A stretch of DNA of 61,258 bases, the filler included, from Dugesia japonica (taxonomy: Eukaryota), in assembly GCA_001938525.1 (NCBI GenBank). It is 6 parts of 6 records of this genome, joined end to end, with 100 filler letters (N's around TTAATTAATTAA, not from the genome) between each part and the next. Parts side by side here need not be neighbours in the genome. Positions count along the whole stretch, not along the records: positions 1 to 13,339 come from MQRL01383711.1; positions 13,440 to 24,277 come from MQRL01587731.1; positions 24,378 to 33,285 come from MQRL01598944.1; 3 more parts are not named here. One strand, written 5' to 3'. A program made the position numbers and the translations under genes. Shown piece after piece: positions 11,851 to 24,671 of this stretch. Each line of letters starts with the position of its first letter. The first letter of the stretch is position 1. The notes beneath the pieces are model-generated. The model did no database searches. It worked only from the letters and a program-made list of their open reading frames with translations, and was not told where the DNA came from.

Positions 11851-13339
11851 AAGGAAGATTAATTAGATTAGAAAGGTAGTTATTTTAATTAATATTATTG
11901 CTATTTATATTTTATTTATTAGAAATTTTGACACTATTGGTTAATGAGTGGAAGAAAGCCTTGGAGAAATTAAAAGGAAGATATTATCCGCTTTTAAAAA
12001 TCAATATATCAACAATATAGTTGTGAATTCAACTGCTAATAGATATTTGCTTTTGAAGAAGCTTGTTTTAAATATTTATCAATAAATTTATATTATTATT
12101 TATTATTATTCTCTTTTATTACCAATATTTTTCCAAATTATTATGAAATGTTGTAAGAGTTAATTTACATGGTTTTGTAGATTTTTTGTCCATAAAGGAT
12201 ATCTGAAAATTCCAAGGCATGATAGAAGAATTATCAAAAGGTAATAAAGGGCTGCGAAATTATCTACACAGATATCTAGAAATAAAAATAAAAAATCAAA
12301 TAAAATTGTTTAGGAAGTATTGAATGATGTAAAGATTTTCTGTCAACTAAATATTTTGATGTAAAACGATAATAATTCATGATCAAGTTAATGTTTTGTT
12401 TTAATCCTCTGATTCCCGAAATTTCGAGAAATCTTTAAAAATTAAAGTTTTTTCAACTTCAAGAAACCGTTATGCAATCAAAAAGATTATCGAATTTTCT
12501 CTCAAGTTAGAAAAAGACCATGTCTCCAGACTTTTCCAACACAATGAAAGTGTCTACCATAAAGGCCTTGATTCATCAGACTGATTATAATCAGGGTTAT
12601 GGAGGAATCACCACGTAACATGGTTTTATCCATTAATTTTAATTCAATAATTAATGAAATTGCAAATCCTTTTAATGGCAGGAACCGAGCACCAAGTATG
12701 TCTTCGGTACCGCCACTCATTCAAAGCACCAAGGTCAGCAAGTCTGAGAGAGAGATTTTGGTACCTCCAGCAACAAAGATAACCAAGAGTTGAAAAAATC
12801 ATCAAATAAAGGTGCTACTAGAAAATTAATGACAGAAAAAAGATCTTTTGTTACATATGATCAACATCAGGAAAAGAGCTATTATCCTTTATTCTGTCCT
12901 TGAAAATGCATAAAGATGAAAATTATGGATTTCGTCAAAAGCTATGGTTTGCTAGTTTCAAAATACCGGAAGAATTCTTAAAGCATTGCAGGGAATCATA
13001 TTCATTAATAAATTTGAGACACCTGCACGAATCAAATATCTTTCTTCTAAAAATCTAAGGAATTCTGCAAACTGGAAATTATTTTCCTCAAAATGATGAA
13101 ATCTTCAAACTTCTCTATCTAGCAACAAAAAAGATCAAAAAATTGCATTGGATTTAGTAATGTGTGCTAAGTTAAAAGTTTCACCTAATCAATTAATAAC
13201 TCTTCCTAATACTAAATGTGATGTCATATCTGGACCAGTAAAAAATCTAATTTAAATCCAGGCAATTCAAACTAAATAGTTGCACTATAATTCAACTTTA
13301 GCTCAGAAATCGAAAGACGATTGGAAGCAAAATAAAAAT

Positions 13340-13439
13340 NNNNNNNNNNNNNNNNNNNNNNNNNNNNNNNNNNNNNNNNNNNNTTAATTAATTAANNNNN
13401 NNNNNNNNNNNNNNNNNNNNNNNNNNNNNNNNNNNNNNN
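13340..13439. other. Artificial contig spacer 44N-TTAATTAATTAA-44N (also 24278-24377, 33286-33385, 43265-43364, 52474-52573)
   Basis: Five identical 100-nt spacers containing a palindromic six-frame stop. Confidence 0.97.
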
Positions 13440-14949
13440 AATAAACAAACAGTCTTGTTTTTGGTTTTTTATAGACCCCACACACGTTTCTTTAATTCTT
13501 TAAATACTATTCTTCAATATTGAAAGTTATTTTGCTGTTTCTAATACCAGTTTTGTGGAACTTCCATATTTCTGCTGAGTAAGCTATGTTTGATTTGGAG
13601 CAATCTTTTAATATTCTTTTAGTTATATTTTATTTTCGATAATTATTTCCAGAATTCGGATGATTGTTCATAGGATAACCTAAACTACCAAAAATTTCTT
13701 CTGATTAACTAATGAAGTAATTATATAATTATTAACTATTACAATAAAACTTTGACAAATATACTTTTAAACAGATTAATAAATATCAAAGAATTAACAA
13801 TTTAATACAAAAGTTTATTTAAATAAATGCTAACCTGCTTCAATAAAATTGAATAAAAAATTGAATACAACTGCAATAACAAAAAAATAAAATTTTCAAA
13901 AAATTTCCCTAAAATCAAAAATCTTCTTCCACACCGAAACACAAAATACAAAATTTAAACAAACCGAAAATTCCTAAAAAATTCTCTATCATAAATTCCT
14001 TACGGTTGTGGTTGGAATTGAGCCAAGTGATCCAATTATGCAAGTATCTATTTCTACTTCAAATTCAGGCTTCGCTATTTTTACATTATTTTTTTAGTAG
14101 ATCATATTTTTCTAAATTCCTTTTGTTACACTAATCAAAATTCTTTTTGGAGTCTATTGGGCACTTGACATCAATTAAATATATTGTTTTTTTCCACATT
14201 ATTTACTGTAACATCCATTCTTTCTCTAGAATCCAAAATATATTTATTTATTCTATTAACCTCAACAATAGCATTTGAGGTCTTAGGTTTGCTGACAATA
14301 ATATCAAGGCAAGTATTATGTCTTTCATCATGTCTTAATTCTCTTATCACTGGTATGCAGATTCCGTCAAACAAACTTGTAGACTTTGCTAGTGGTCTGA
14401 TTTCTAAACATAATCATCTTATTGTGGATCCAGGATTGTCCTTGGGTTGTAGTTATCCAGATAACGACTATATCTCAGAAACAGTGTCCTGTAAATCTTT
14501 TAGGAATCGTGAGATTATTTTTTGTACATTTTTTATTTCAGGTAAGAGATGGGTCCTTTTTGTTTTTAACGTTGTTGAAAAAATTCTTTTTTTCTTGACT
14601 TTGGTGCTTTTGAATGTGATGTAGTTTTAGATGCTCACATTATTAGGCTACATAATTGCATGTCTGAATTCTGCCGGAATAAAGACATTTGCTTAATAAA
14701 ATCACCCTTTAACATTCCTACCTTCCAGAAAAACTATGGTGAGAGAGGCTTTCTAGTTTGTGGCTACATTCATTCTTCAATCTGTTGTGAAGAGTGAATT
14801 TTGGTCTAAATAAATCCAAATTTAATAATTTTTCTAAAATTCAATTAAATTTAAATAAAAACAAGAATGGCACTCAATTTAATAAAATCACGGAAACAGA
14901 AAAAGAAACTAAATTTAATATTCTATTACAATTAATTGACAGTAGTGAC

Positions 14950-17860
14950 ATCATCATTTCTGTGTAATCTTTCTAAAGTTTTGTTCACTCTGTCCGCAAT
15001 ATTAAATCTAAAAATATTAATTTTAAAATTAAAGACGAGGGAAAAAAACAAACGAGTTGAGATAGATCTGAATTNAAGAGACCGTTTCAAATTCTCACAA
15101 AAGATAGATTTCAAGCTGATAACCAATAAGCTTACTGCTGATTTCTATCTTTCTCAAGCTGGGCTTGAGTCCTACTTTCAGTCTTAATCTGTAAATGATC
15201 CCCTCACTGATTGAAGACAGGTCTCCATAAAAAGTCCAATGATGAAACGTTTGTGTTTGTTTGTCCTGATGCTGCTACCATTAGACACATTCTTCTTAAT
15301 CTGTCTGTTTCTGCTCCTGTCATAAAAAACAATTACTTACCAGGATTTTAAATCAACAGATCCAAATTATCTGTTGATACACAAAATTTTTTCCGACATA
15401 CTTTCAAGTGGAATCACTCCTGAGATTTGGGGAGTTTACAAAGCCCCTATAATTCTGAAGTCTGGTAAATCTGGGTCTTGTCACTTTGTCTCTTCTTGGT
15501 GACCGATTGCTATGCTGGTTTGTCTTTACAAGCTTTTCATGGCTTGTCTTGCCTCTAAACTTTCGAATTAAGCTAAAAAACTCACCTGGTTCATAATCTT
15601 CGAATCTAAAGGGTGCTCTGAGCCCAATTTCTTGATTCGCTAAGTCCTTGAGGGAAAAAGTCTATATAATAGTTTCAACTTACCTGTTTATAGATATTGC
15701 TGACGCTTTTGGCAGCATCACCATCGAATATATCCATGGTTAACCTGATAAAATGTTAATGTCAAAAGCGGCCTCTGATTTGATTAGGAGCTTTTATACT
15801 GATTGCTCAAGCTACTATATTTGTAATGGGACTTCAACAGATTCTATTGCAAACAGACAAGGGGTCCGACAAGGTTGTCCATTGTCAATGTTACTTTTTA
15901 ACATAGGCATTGACCAGTCATTAAGGAAATCTCAAGGACTCCGGAAGGTGGAGTTAATTGTGTTGGTCATCAAATCTCTGTCTTAGCTTATGCGGATGAT
16001 CTTGCGTTGGTTGCTTCTTTAAAGGCCTCACTTTAGAACATGATTAACGTTGACGTTAACTTGGCTGACCAGTCTTTCTTAGAGTTCCGTCCGAATAAGG
16101 GTGCTTACCTCCCTTATCCGGAAAATAGTTTACTTGTTCAGATTAATATCAGATGCGAAAGCATTTCTAAACTCTTAAATAAAGATTCTTATTGTTATCT
16201 TGGGGTTGGTTTCGGACGTGATCAGTTTCAGACTCCATCAGACATGCTTGAAAAATCTGTCAGAGATTTAAAAAAGATCACTAAATCTATTTCCCATCCT
16301 TGGCAGAAGATCCAGGCATATAAAACCTGCATTCATTTGAGGTTTACTTTGCCTTTAGGAACTTCAACATTACAATCATTAAGTTTAATGCTTCAGCCTT
16401 CACTAAAAATGGAGTGATGGTTAGACCGAAAACTATTGATAGAAATATCAGGGAACAGGTTAGACCAATTCTATCTATGCCACATAACGCTGCTTCTAAA
16501 TACTTATACAGCTCCATAAAACATGGAGTGGTTCGGTTAAGTGAGGCCACGGATAAGTATGCTATACAATCAATCATTCATAAGTTCAAGATGCTTGTTT
16601 GTCGAGATGTAATAGTTAGAGATATTGCTAAAAAAGACTTTATTCATGCTGCATTCAAACAGCTTAATCATCCAAAGCTATGCTCAATTGATGAGGCACT
16701 CAACAGGCTTTAGACGCATGTCACTCGCACAATTTCGAAATGCTGGTGGTCAAAAATTCAAATGTTAATAACTGATCTAAAGAAAATATTTGATTTTCAT
16801 GTAAGATTTCAGCGCAATGAGCTCGGAATCTTCAAATTAATGATAATCTTTCTACAAGAAATTATCTTGTTTCTTTAAAGAAACAAGGGTACAGTGACTA
16901 AACTTTTACACAACATTCTGCCAAATTAAACTTAGTCCCATTTCAATTTCAGTTGGAGCGTCCCCACTCTAAAATAGGCCACTCTATAACGGGTCTATTT
17001 CTCAATATTGTTGGCATTTCATACATGCACTTGTTCTGTAGGATCTAATTTCGGTCTAGAAAATAAAGTCTCCAGAAAATGTGTCCTTTATGCTGAAACC
17101 CAAACCCATGTCCTTTGTCACTGTGGTTCATCTTTGACTTTTTGCATTGGGAGTCACAATGATGTTCTGGAACTTCTTGCGAATGTTGTCCGCCTTAATA
17201 CGAGTTTAAAAGTTATTGTTGACCGGTTATGCGAATTTGTGAACCACACTGATTGGGTTGATTTACAACTAATCAATGTGGAAAGGAGAAAGATTATATT
17301 GCTGGATGTGAAAGTTTCTAATGACACTTCTAACAATATCAAATTAACTAGAGACAACAATATCAGGAAATACATACCGCTCAAGGAAGACATAAACGTA
17401 GTCTTCCAAATTTGAATGTCTACCTTGAGATGATTTCAGTTGATTGTCTGGGATCATGGTGTGTTGAAAATGAGTCTGTCCTGAAACATGTTGTTCTCAA
17501 TGTCAATGTTATAAGGAAATTTGCACTTGCCAGTATAAGAATCTGCATTGCCTGGTCTACAAAGAACTGGCAATTTCACTATGGACAAGCTAATTGTGCT
17601 TACTTTGATATATCTATTATAAAGGATATCAGCAATAGTGAGTCCATTATGGATAATTAAATTGATAGAGTTACCCTTCCAAGGTTGGTTCTTCGCGCCA
17701 TTTCTTAGAAATGTCTTTCGTTTTGTTGCTTTTCTACAGCGATCTGCTGTCCAACCGAGATGTAAAGTCTTGGGAAGAATTTTCTGGCTTAAAAGACAGC
17801 CTTTGTTTATCTTTGCACAATTTGCGTGTAGTTCCCCAAACTGGTAAATAATAAAAAGAA
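14950..17860 (+). mobile_element. Non-LTR retrotransposon with RT and restriction-like endonuclease (NeSL/Utopia/R5-like), decayed
   Basis: *RPIAML, DIADAFGSI, GVRQGCPLSMLLFNIGID, LAYADDL, YCYLGV, HPWQKIQAYKT, CCHC-like ETQTHVLCHC, HNDVL, DLQL..IILLDVKV, KY.PL, LGSW. Confidence 0.9.
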
Positions 17861-18191
17861 CTTACATTACATTATTTGATTGTATTATGTTATATGATCA
17901 TTTTAGTTGAAAGAAATTCTAAAATTTTTAATTAATATAAAAATTATATTAAAACCCAAGTAATAATTATACATTTAAAAGATTTTTTGATTTAATTTCA
18001 TATAGAATTGTATACATTTAGAATGGTTAATTTCATACTATTATTCAAATATGATTTTCGTTCTTATATNNNNNNNNNNNNNNNNNNNNNNNNNNNNNNN
18101 NNNNNNNNNNNNNNNNNNNNNNNNNNNNNNNNNNNNNNNNNNNNNNNNNNNNNNNNNNNNNNNNNNNNNNNNNNNNNNNNNATAAGATGAA

Positions 18192-18789
18192 ATGATATCA
18201 ATAACAAAGCTTAATAATTTTCAAAAATGTCAAATTGTGGCATATGTAGATTGCGTAATATTTGGTAAGCTCAGTCGAGAGTCACTAAATTTCTTCAAGA
18301 TTACAAGTCAACTTCAATTTATGAACTTAAAGTTGGTTGTGAAAAAAGGAAAATTAACCAATACTGATGATCAAAATTTTGTGTCTGTGGCAATAAATGT
18401 TCGTACTATTTCAGCGAAACCAACAACAATCTGAAACACAAAGCGAAAGTTTTTCAAAATTATTTGAAAAGGAAAAATAAATATAATTTTGGACAAGCCA
18501 TCTGAAAGTCAAGATTTAAATCCTATTGAAAACGTATGGATTGTTCCGGATAAACAAGTGACAGACAGATATCAACAAAATAAAAATGAATTATTTAAAA
18601 TTTAAGGAGTTGTGTGGAAAATCTTATCTACAAATTTTCTCATTAACCTTGTTGAAAGCATACCACGCAGATATCAAGCTGTTATTAACAATGACGGAAT
18701 GCCAACGAAATATTGACATCTATTTTTAATAAATTATTTCAAGATTATTGTCTTATTATAAAAGTGATCGGAATTATTTTTGCGCATTG
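18192..18789 (+). mobile_element. Internally deleted Tc1-like DNA transposon
   Basis: N-terminal KLNNFQKCQIVAY; C-terminal PSESQDLNPIENVW and LVESIPRRYQAVINNDGMPTKY*; degenerate right end before TA. Confidence 0.8.
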
Positions 18790-18914
18790 TATATGGTTGT
18801 TATATTAACATTGAAATTCGTAGAATATAATACTAAAATGTATTTTAAAATATTGTAAGATAGTTTTTAAAAGCAGATTTGAAATTTTTGTAATTTGAAG
18901 CAGAATATATTGAA

Positions 18915-21900
18915 ATTAGATTTGTTAAAGATTTAAATTTTTATCATAAAAATGATTTGTAAAATAAATTATGAAATTTAATTTTGTACTGCTAAGGTAG
19001 ACATCGAGTAGACATCAATAATCATCGAGACAAATGAACTTGCAACATAGGATTTAAATAAGATTTAAATTTTATCATAAAAATAATTTGTAAAATAAAT
19101 TATGAAATTTAATTTTGTACTGCTAGGGAATGTGAAATTTATTATTTGTGTTGAATAAAAAAATTTAATTTACTATGTCTATTAAAAATTTTTTTTAGGC
19201 TTCTTATAATTTGTAAAACTATCAAATTTGTGATTGTCAATGAAATATATTTTTTTACTGTATTTTCAAAATTTTACATTATTGAAATTTTAAATAAAAT
19301 AAAATTAAATGTATAAAATTTTAAATAAAATAAAGTATAAATTATTGTCAATAAAATATGTTTATTTTACCTTATTTTTAATTTTACATTAGTAAAATTT
19401 CAAATAAAATATTTTATAAAATCCTGATATTTGAAATTTCCGTTTCGAATATCAATTTTGAAATTGGTTTGATGAAAGCACATTTTTATTTATAGTTTTG
19501 TTGTGTGAATAAGTCTTTTATGGAAACGAGTTTTGATATTAATTATCCAACGAGTGCTTCAAACTTATCTAACATGGTTGCAGCGATAAATACCGATTAT
19601 ATCACAGAGATGTTGTTGTCAAAAATATTTTGCAGATGCGATTATCTAGAGATGTTTATTAAACAGTGGGATATATACTTCGAGTCGAAGAAAATTGTTA
19701 TTAAGAAAGATCAGGATAACATATATGCTTGATGAATAATTAATAGAGACATATGTGAAAACATTAAAAAAAGTTGATGGATATCAAGAGAGATTGCGAT
19801 TATTTTTTGAGAACAAGAGATTTGTAGAATCTTGTAGGCTATCGACGTGGTAGTGAATACCTTGAGGATTCTTTAAAAAAGTGAAAAACTTGGCCAATAA
19901 ATCTTTAGCAAACATAGAGCTTACGTAAGAAAAACCTTTTTCAGAAATGCTAATAATTTATACAGTTAGTAAAAAAGCAGAAGAAGAGATTATCATGCGA
20001 AAATTGTAAAAAGTAGAAGATGTAAAAGAAACGCCATAATTAGTTAAAAAATAGAAAGAAGAGAACTCATTAACATAGTAAAGAGTTAGGGGATTGTAAC
20101 ACATAGAGAAGGTACCTAAGACAGAAGACGTAAGATCAAGAGAGTTACGAAAAGAACAGAACATGGGTATGCCAGAGTTATGGGCACACAAAAAGAGAGT
20201 GTCCCAAAAATTATCATGTGGAATGTTGGACTTGCCACAAGAATAGACATTTAAGTAAAAATTGTTCAGACAAGACGCCAAATAAATGTTTTGAGTAGGG
20301 TAAGATTGATTACATCAGAAGGATGTAAGCAGAAATTATATGTGGTAGATGAAAAAGACCAGGTCACAGAGCAGAAAAATTTTATTCAAACACTCACAAA
20401 CCAAGACTAGAAGAGAGAAGATACAATTTTAAAAGCGAGCAACAAACAAAAGATTTGAATCGGACCAAAAGAATTCATACAATTTGAGAGAAAAACGATG
20501 ATGAAAGTAAAGAAATATTTTTTGGGAACATAGTAGAAGATTAAGATCCGAGAAGAGAATACCCAAAAGGCATGGCTTTATCAGTAAACAAGATAATTTT
20601 TGATTATACTTAGGAGACCGAGAAATAGAATGAGATGAGTATAGGGAGAGAAAAAGTTTAAAAATTCCTAAAATGGAAAAGTTTCGACGATACGGAAATT
20701 AACAAAGCAGAAGTAATATTAACAATAGAAGAAAAACAAAACGTAGAAATTTGGTATGATAAGATGCAAAGGAGACCTAACATTTCATTGATGATCAAAG
20801 GTGAACAATGTAATTGTTTGTTAGATATGGGAGCACGAAAGAATGTAATGAGCATAAAAAGATTCAATAGACTCAGAGGAACAATGTTGGAGAAAAGCAA
20901 GGAACGATTGCATTGCGCGAATAACAGCTCATTAAAGGCAAGTAGAATGATACGTGTGGAAGTTGTAGTTTCAGAGGTAACAGTTATAGTAGTAGAGAAA
21001 TTAATACCAGATCTAATTGGTGGAGTGGAATTTTAGATTGGTTTTGGTTATCATCTTCTAAATAAGTGCAGAGTATACATCAATAATCATCGAGACAAAT
21101 GAGCTTGCAACATAAAGCCAAATTTTGGAAGGCAAATACAGACGGGCGAGCGATTGAGACATGTAATGGAGATTCTAGAAATTAACAAAAATCAAAGATT
21201 GCCTGTGATTATTCAAAATAATGAAGATGTATATGTGGCAAACAAATAGACATTAGACGCACACACTTAACGAAAGATCGAAAAATCACCAAAGAAGGTC
21301 CAATCAACATAAAACCGTATTGTCAACCAATAAATTTAAAGGAGAAGATTGAAGAGGCCATCAAGAATATTTATGATAACGATATCATCCTGAAGTGTAA
21401 TTCTCAATGGAATACGTCATTAATCTGCGTTTGGAAAAAGAAAAAAAGAATATACGATTATACTTAGACTTTAGATAACTCAATGTAATAACAGAAAGAC
21501 AAGCTTTACATATGTCAAATATGGACAAAATGCTAGATGCTTTTAAAAGTATACAGTATTTTAGCTCAATAGCCTTGGAAAATGCGTACTATTCTGCGGA
21601 ACGGGTAGAAAATTCTCAAGAGAAGACGTCTTTTTCAGACAAACAAGGGCAATTTTGTTTCAATAGAATGCTTTTTGGAATTGCGGCAGCACCAGGTTTG
21701 TTCCAGGAAATGATGAATAAAGTATTCAGGAAAATAAAAGGAGCGATGATTTATCTAGATGACATTCTCATATTTACCGAAACAAACGATGAACACTGAA
21801 ATAATCAATAAAGTATTGGTAGAAATTAAGAATGTTGATCTAAGGTTAATCTTGAGAAATGTCAATTTCTGAGAAAGGAGATGAAATTTTTCGGACACGT

Positions 21901-23790
21901 TATCAGTAAAGAAGGTGTTAAAACAGATCCAACAGTAGAAATTAAGAATTGTGTCAAACCAAAATGCGTTAGGAAGATAAGAAGACTTCTAAGATTTTGC
22001 AATTACCATTGCATGTTTATAAAGGATCATTCGACAAACGCTAGATTGCTGGAACAACTGTATAGTGGACCGAGTAATAAGAAAATTGACTAGACAAATG
22101 AATTAGAAGAAGTTTTTAATGAAATGAAAGAAACACTAATGATGTCTCCAATAATATGTTTTTAGATATAAATAGAGAATTTATTTTGAACACAGATGTG
22201 AGTTTCGACCCAATTGGTTTATTTCTATCTCAAAGGGATAATAGTGGACAAGAAAGAGTAATTGCATATGGGTCACACACAATTACGAGTCATAAAAAGG
22301 ATATCGTACTACGCGAAAGGAATTACTTGTAATTTATTAGATTTGTATTCATTTCAAACATTACTTATATGGGAAAAGATTTACCCTCAGAACAGACCAT
22401 AAAGCTATCATTTTTATGTTAAATACCAAGAAACTGATCACATCACAGTTTCAAACTTGGATTAATTATTTATGCAGTTTAGATATAAAATCAGAATATA
22501 GAAAATGATCGCTTCATACAAATGATGATATGTTGTCAAGAAGTAAATGCGATACATATGTACAATTTCTAATGTAACATGATGATCTGAAGAGTGGAAA
22601 ATTAAAAACAAGGATGTTAAATACAGTAGATATCCAAGAGAAGCAAGGAAATTTTCGAGACAATGATCAAGGAACATGGATAACTGGTAATAAGATAAAA
22701 GAGGTTATATGTCATACTAGAGCAGAAAATGTAGCTGAGTATATAAAGCATAAATATAACACAAAAAATGTGTGGACCAAAGTACAAGAGATTGTCCGAA
22801 GCTGTATAACATGCCAGAAAGCTAAAGTGTTAGCAACAAAAACGAAGGAAGAAACGAAAATGACACAGCCAGCCAAAATATTTGAGTCGTTATTTATGGA
22901 TGTGTGTGGACCACAGAAGAAGACAAGAATATGTTCTCGGTATAATAGACGAATGCAGTAAGTATGTAGCTTTGATATTAATGGCAAGACAAGACGAAGA
23001 TACCATGCTGAAGGCGATAATAGAGACGTGGATATTAAAGTTCGGGTGTCAAATAGAAATTAGTGTTGATTGAGGAAGAGCATTTGAACATGAAATTACC
23101 CTCAAGTTTTCAAGTCTATATAAACATAAGCCAAATAGACAAATCGAGAGACAGTTTAGAACTACGCGAGATATGATACATGGAACACTTAAAGAAGGAA
23201 AAACCTCAGATTGAGCTGATGTATTGCCAGAGATAGAATTTACTTTGAATGCTACAAAACAGAAGACCACCGGGAAAAGCCCTGCTGAAATCGTATTTAG
23301 GAAGAGAATAAGCAGAGAAAATTGGTTGGGAAAAAAATACTTAAAAAGTGCACATAGAGCAAGATGAAGTGATACTAACCAATTAGAGATACTAAGACAA
23401 TTCTCGGTCGTTGATGAGGTCCTACTGAAATTTGAAACAAGAACCAAGATCGTTATGAAGGACTCTATAAGATCAAGAAGAAAATTCACGACAGACGTTC
23501 CATCCTAGAAGATACAAAATGTAAAACGTCTTGAAAGAAAAGTAGAGAAAATCAGATTTGTTAAATATTAAAATTTTTATCAAAAAAATAATTTTATAAA
23601 ATAAATTTTAAAATATAATTTTGTACAACTAGAGAATGTGAAATTTATAATTTGTGTTGAATATAAAATTTTAATTTACAATGTGTATTAAAATTTTTCT
23701 AATTTTGTTATAATTTGTAAAATTATCAAATTTGTGATTGTTAAAAAAAAAAATATTTTTTTATTGTATTTTTAAAATTTTACATTATTA
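18915..23790 (+). mobile_element. Near full-length decayed Ty3/Gypsy LTR retrotransposon (gag-PR-RT-RH-IN) with diverged LTR-like repeats (about 18915-19285 / 23551-23790)
   Basis: CWTCHKNRH knuckle, LLDMGA protease, IYLDDILIF RT, RNase H KHYLYGKRFTLRTDHKA, integrase CITCQK and FMDVCGP, purine tract before the 3' repeat. Many stops and frameshifts. Confidence 0.93.
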
Positions 23791-24525
23791 ATTACACTAT
23801 AAATCCTTATTTAAATGGTATGTTGCATAATTAATATTTTAATTCAAGTTCAGATATTTTTTTTGTTGCATAACAGTTCAATGTTGGTTTGCTGATTGAG
23901 GTATGTAGATTGCTCAAATCAAATTTACATATATTTTTATTCGACCTTTTCTAGTATTTCATTAATAAATATTATGGTAATGAAAGAGACTTCTAAGAAA
24001 TATAAATATAATTTCAAGCAATGAAATGTTTATAATTTTAAAATAACAAATTTTAATATTATTATTTCTATATATTTTTATAAAAGAAATTTTAAATAGC
24101 ATAAATAAATAATAATTATTTAGTGATTTTTACTTAAAGTCTGTATAAAATTGTGTCTGTGGCGTAAATGCGTCTGTATAGGAAAAAAACAAGAATTTAT
24201 TAATGAATTATTAATGTTTCTCAAATGTTTTCTAATATGAATATAAATCTTAAAATTTCTAATTATATATATATATANNNNNNNNNNNNNNNNNNNNNNN
24301 NNNNNNNNNNNNNNNNNNNNNTTAATTAATTAANNNNNNNNNNNNNNNNNNNNNNNNNNNNNNNNNNNNNNNNNNNNTTATCGTTGTTTAACTGAATCAG
24401 TTTAATTTCCTTGTGTAATTTTCGCTTTCTATAGTTATTAAATAATATATTAGGTAAACATTGTTTTGTATATATTAACGGTTTTTCATTTATTTATCAT
24501 TTCTGAAATAAATTTTTTATTTTAG

Positions 24526-24671
24526 ATGGCTGATATAACTCTACCAAAGGAAATTAAAATATTAGAAACTCCAGAAGATATCCAAGAAAGACGTGAGCAA
24601 GTATTAAACCGCTATTCTGCATTCAAAGAAGCTACTGAGGAAAGACGTAAAAAATTAGAAGATGCCAAGAA
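24526..24671 (+). CDS. SPTAN1: Alpha-spectrin exon 1 (absent from ORF track)
   Basis: ATG at 24526, 48 codons + 2 nt, then a 40-bp GT..AG intron (24672-24711) giving ...[19 protein letters not shown]. Confidence 0.93.

Noticed and set aside
12500-13330. Coding-like stretch as the 5' part of the NeSL-like element
   Set aside because: No recognisable motif, and it is separated from the element by a contig spacer.
13384-13395. Recurrent TTAATTAATTAA palindrome as a biological repeat or CRISPR-like array
   Set aside because: Always centred in 44N+44N; an assembly spacer.
14171-14800. ORF 14184-14624 as a membrane protein; possible LINE fragments nearby
   Set aside because: Hydrophobic bias is expected from T-rich DNA and there is no diagnostic motif; LINE resemblance is too weak to call.
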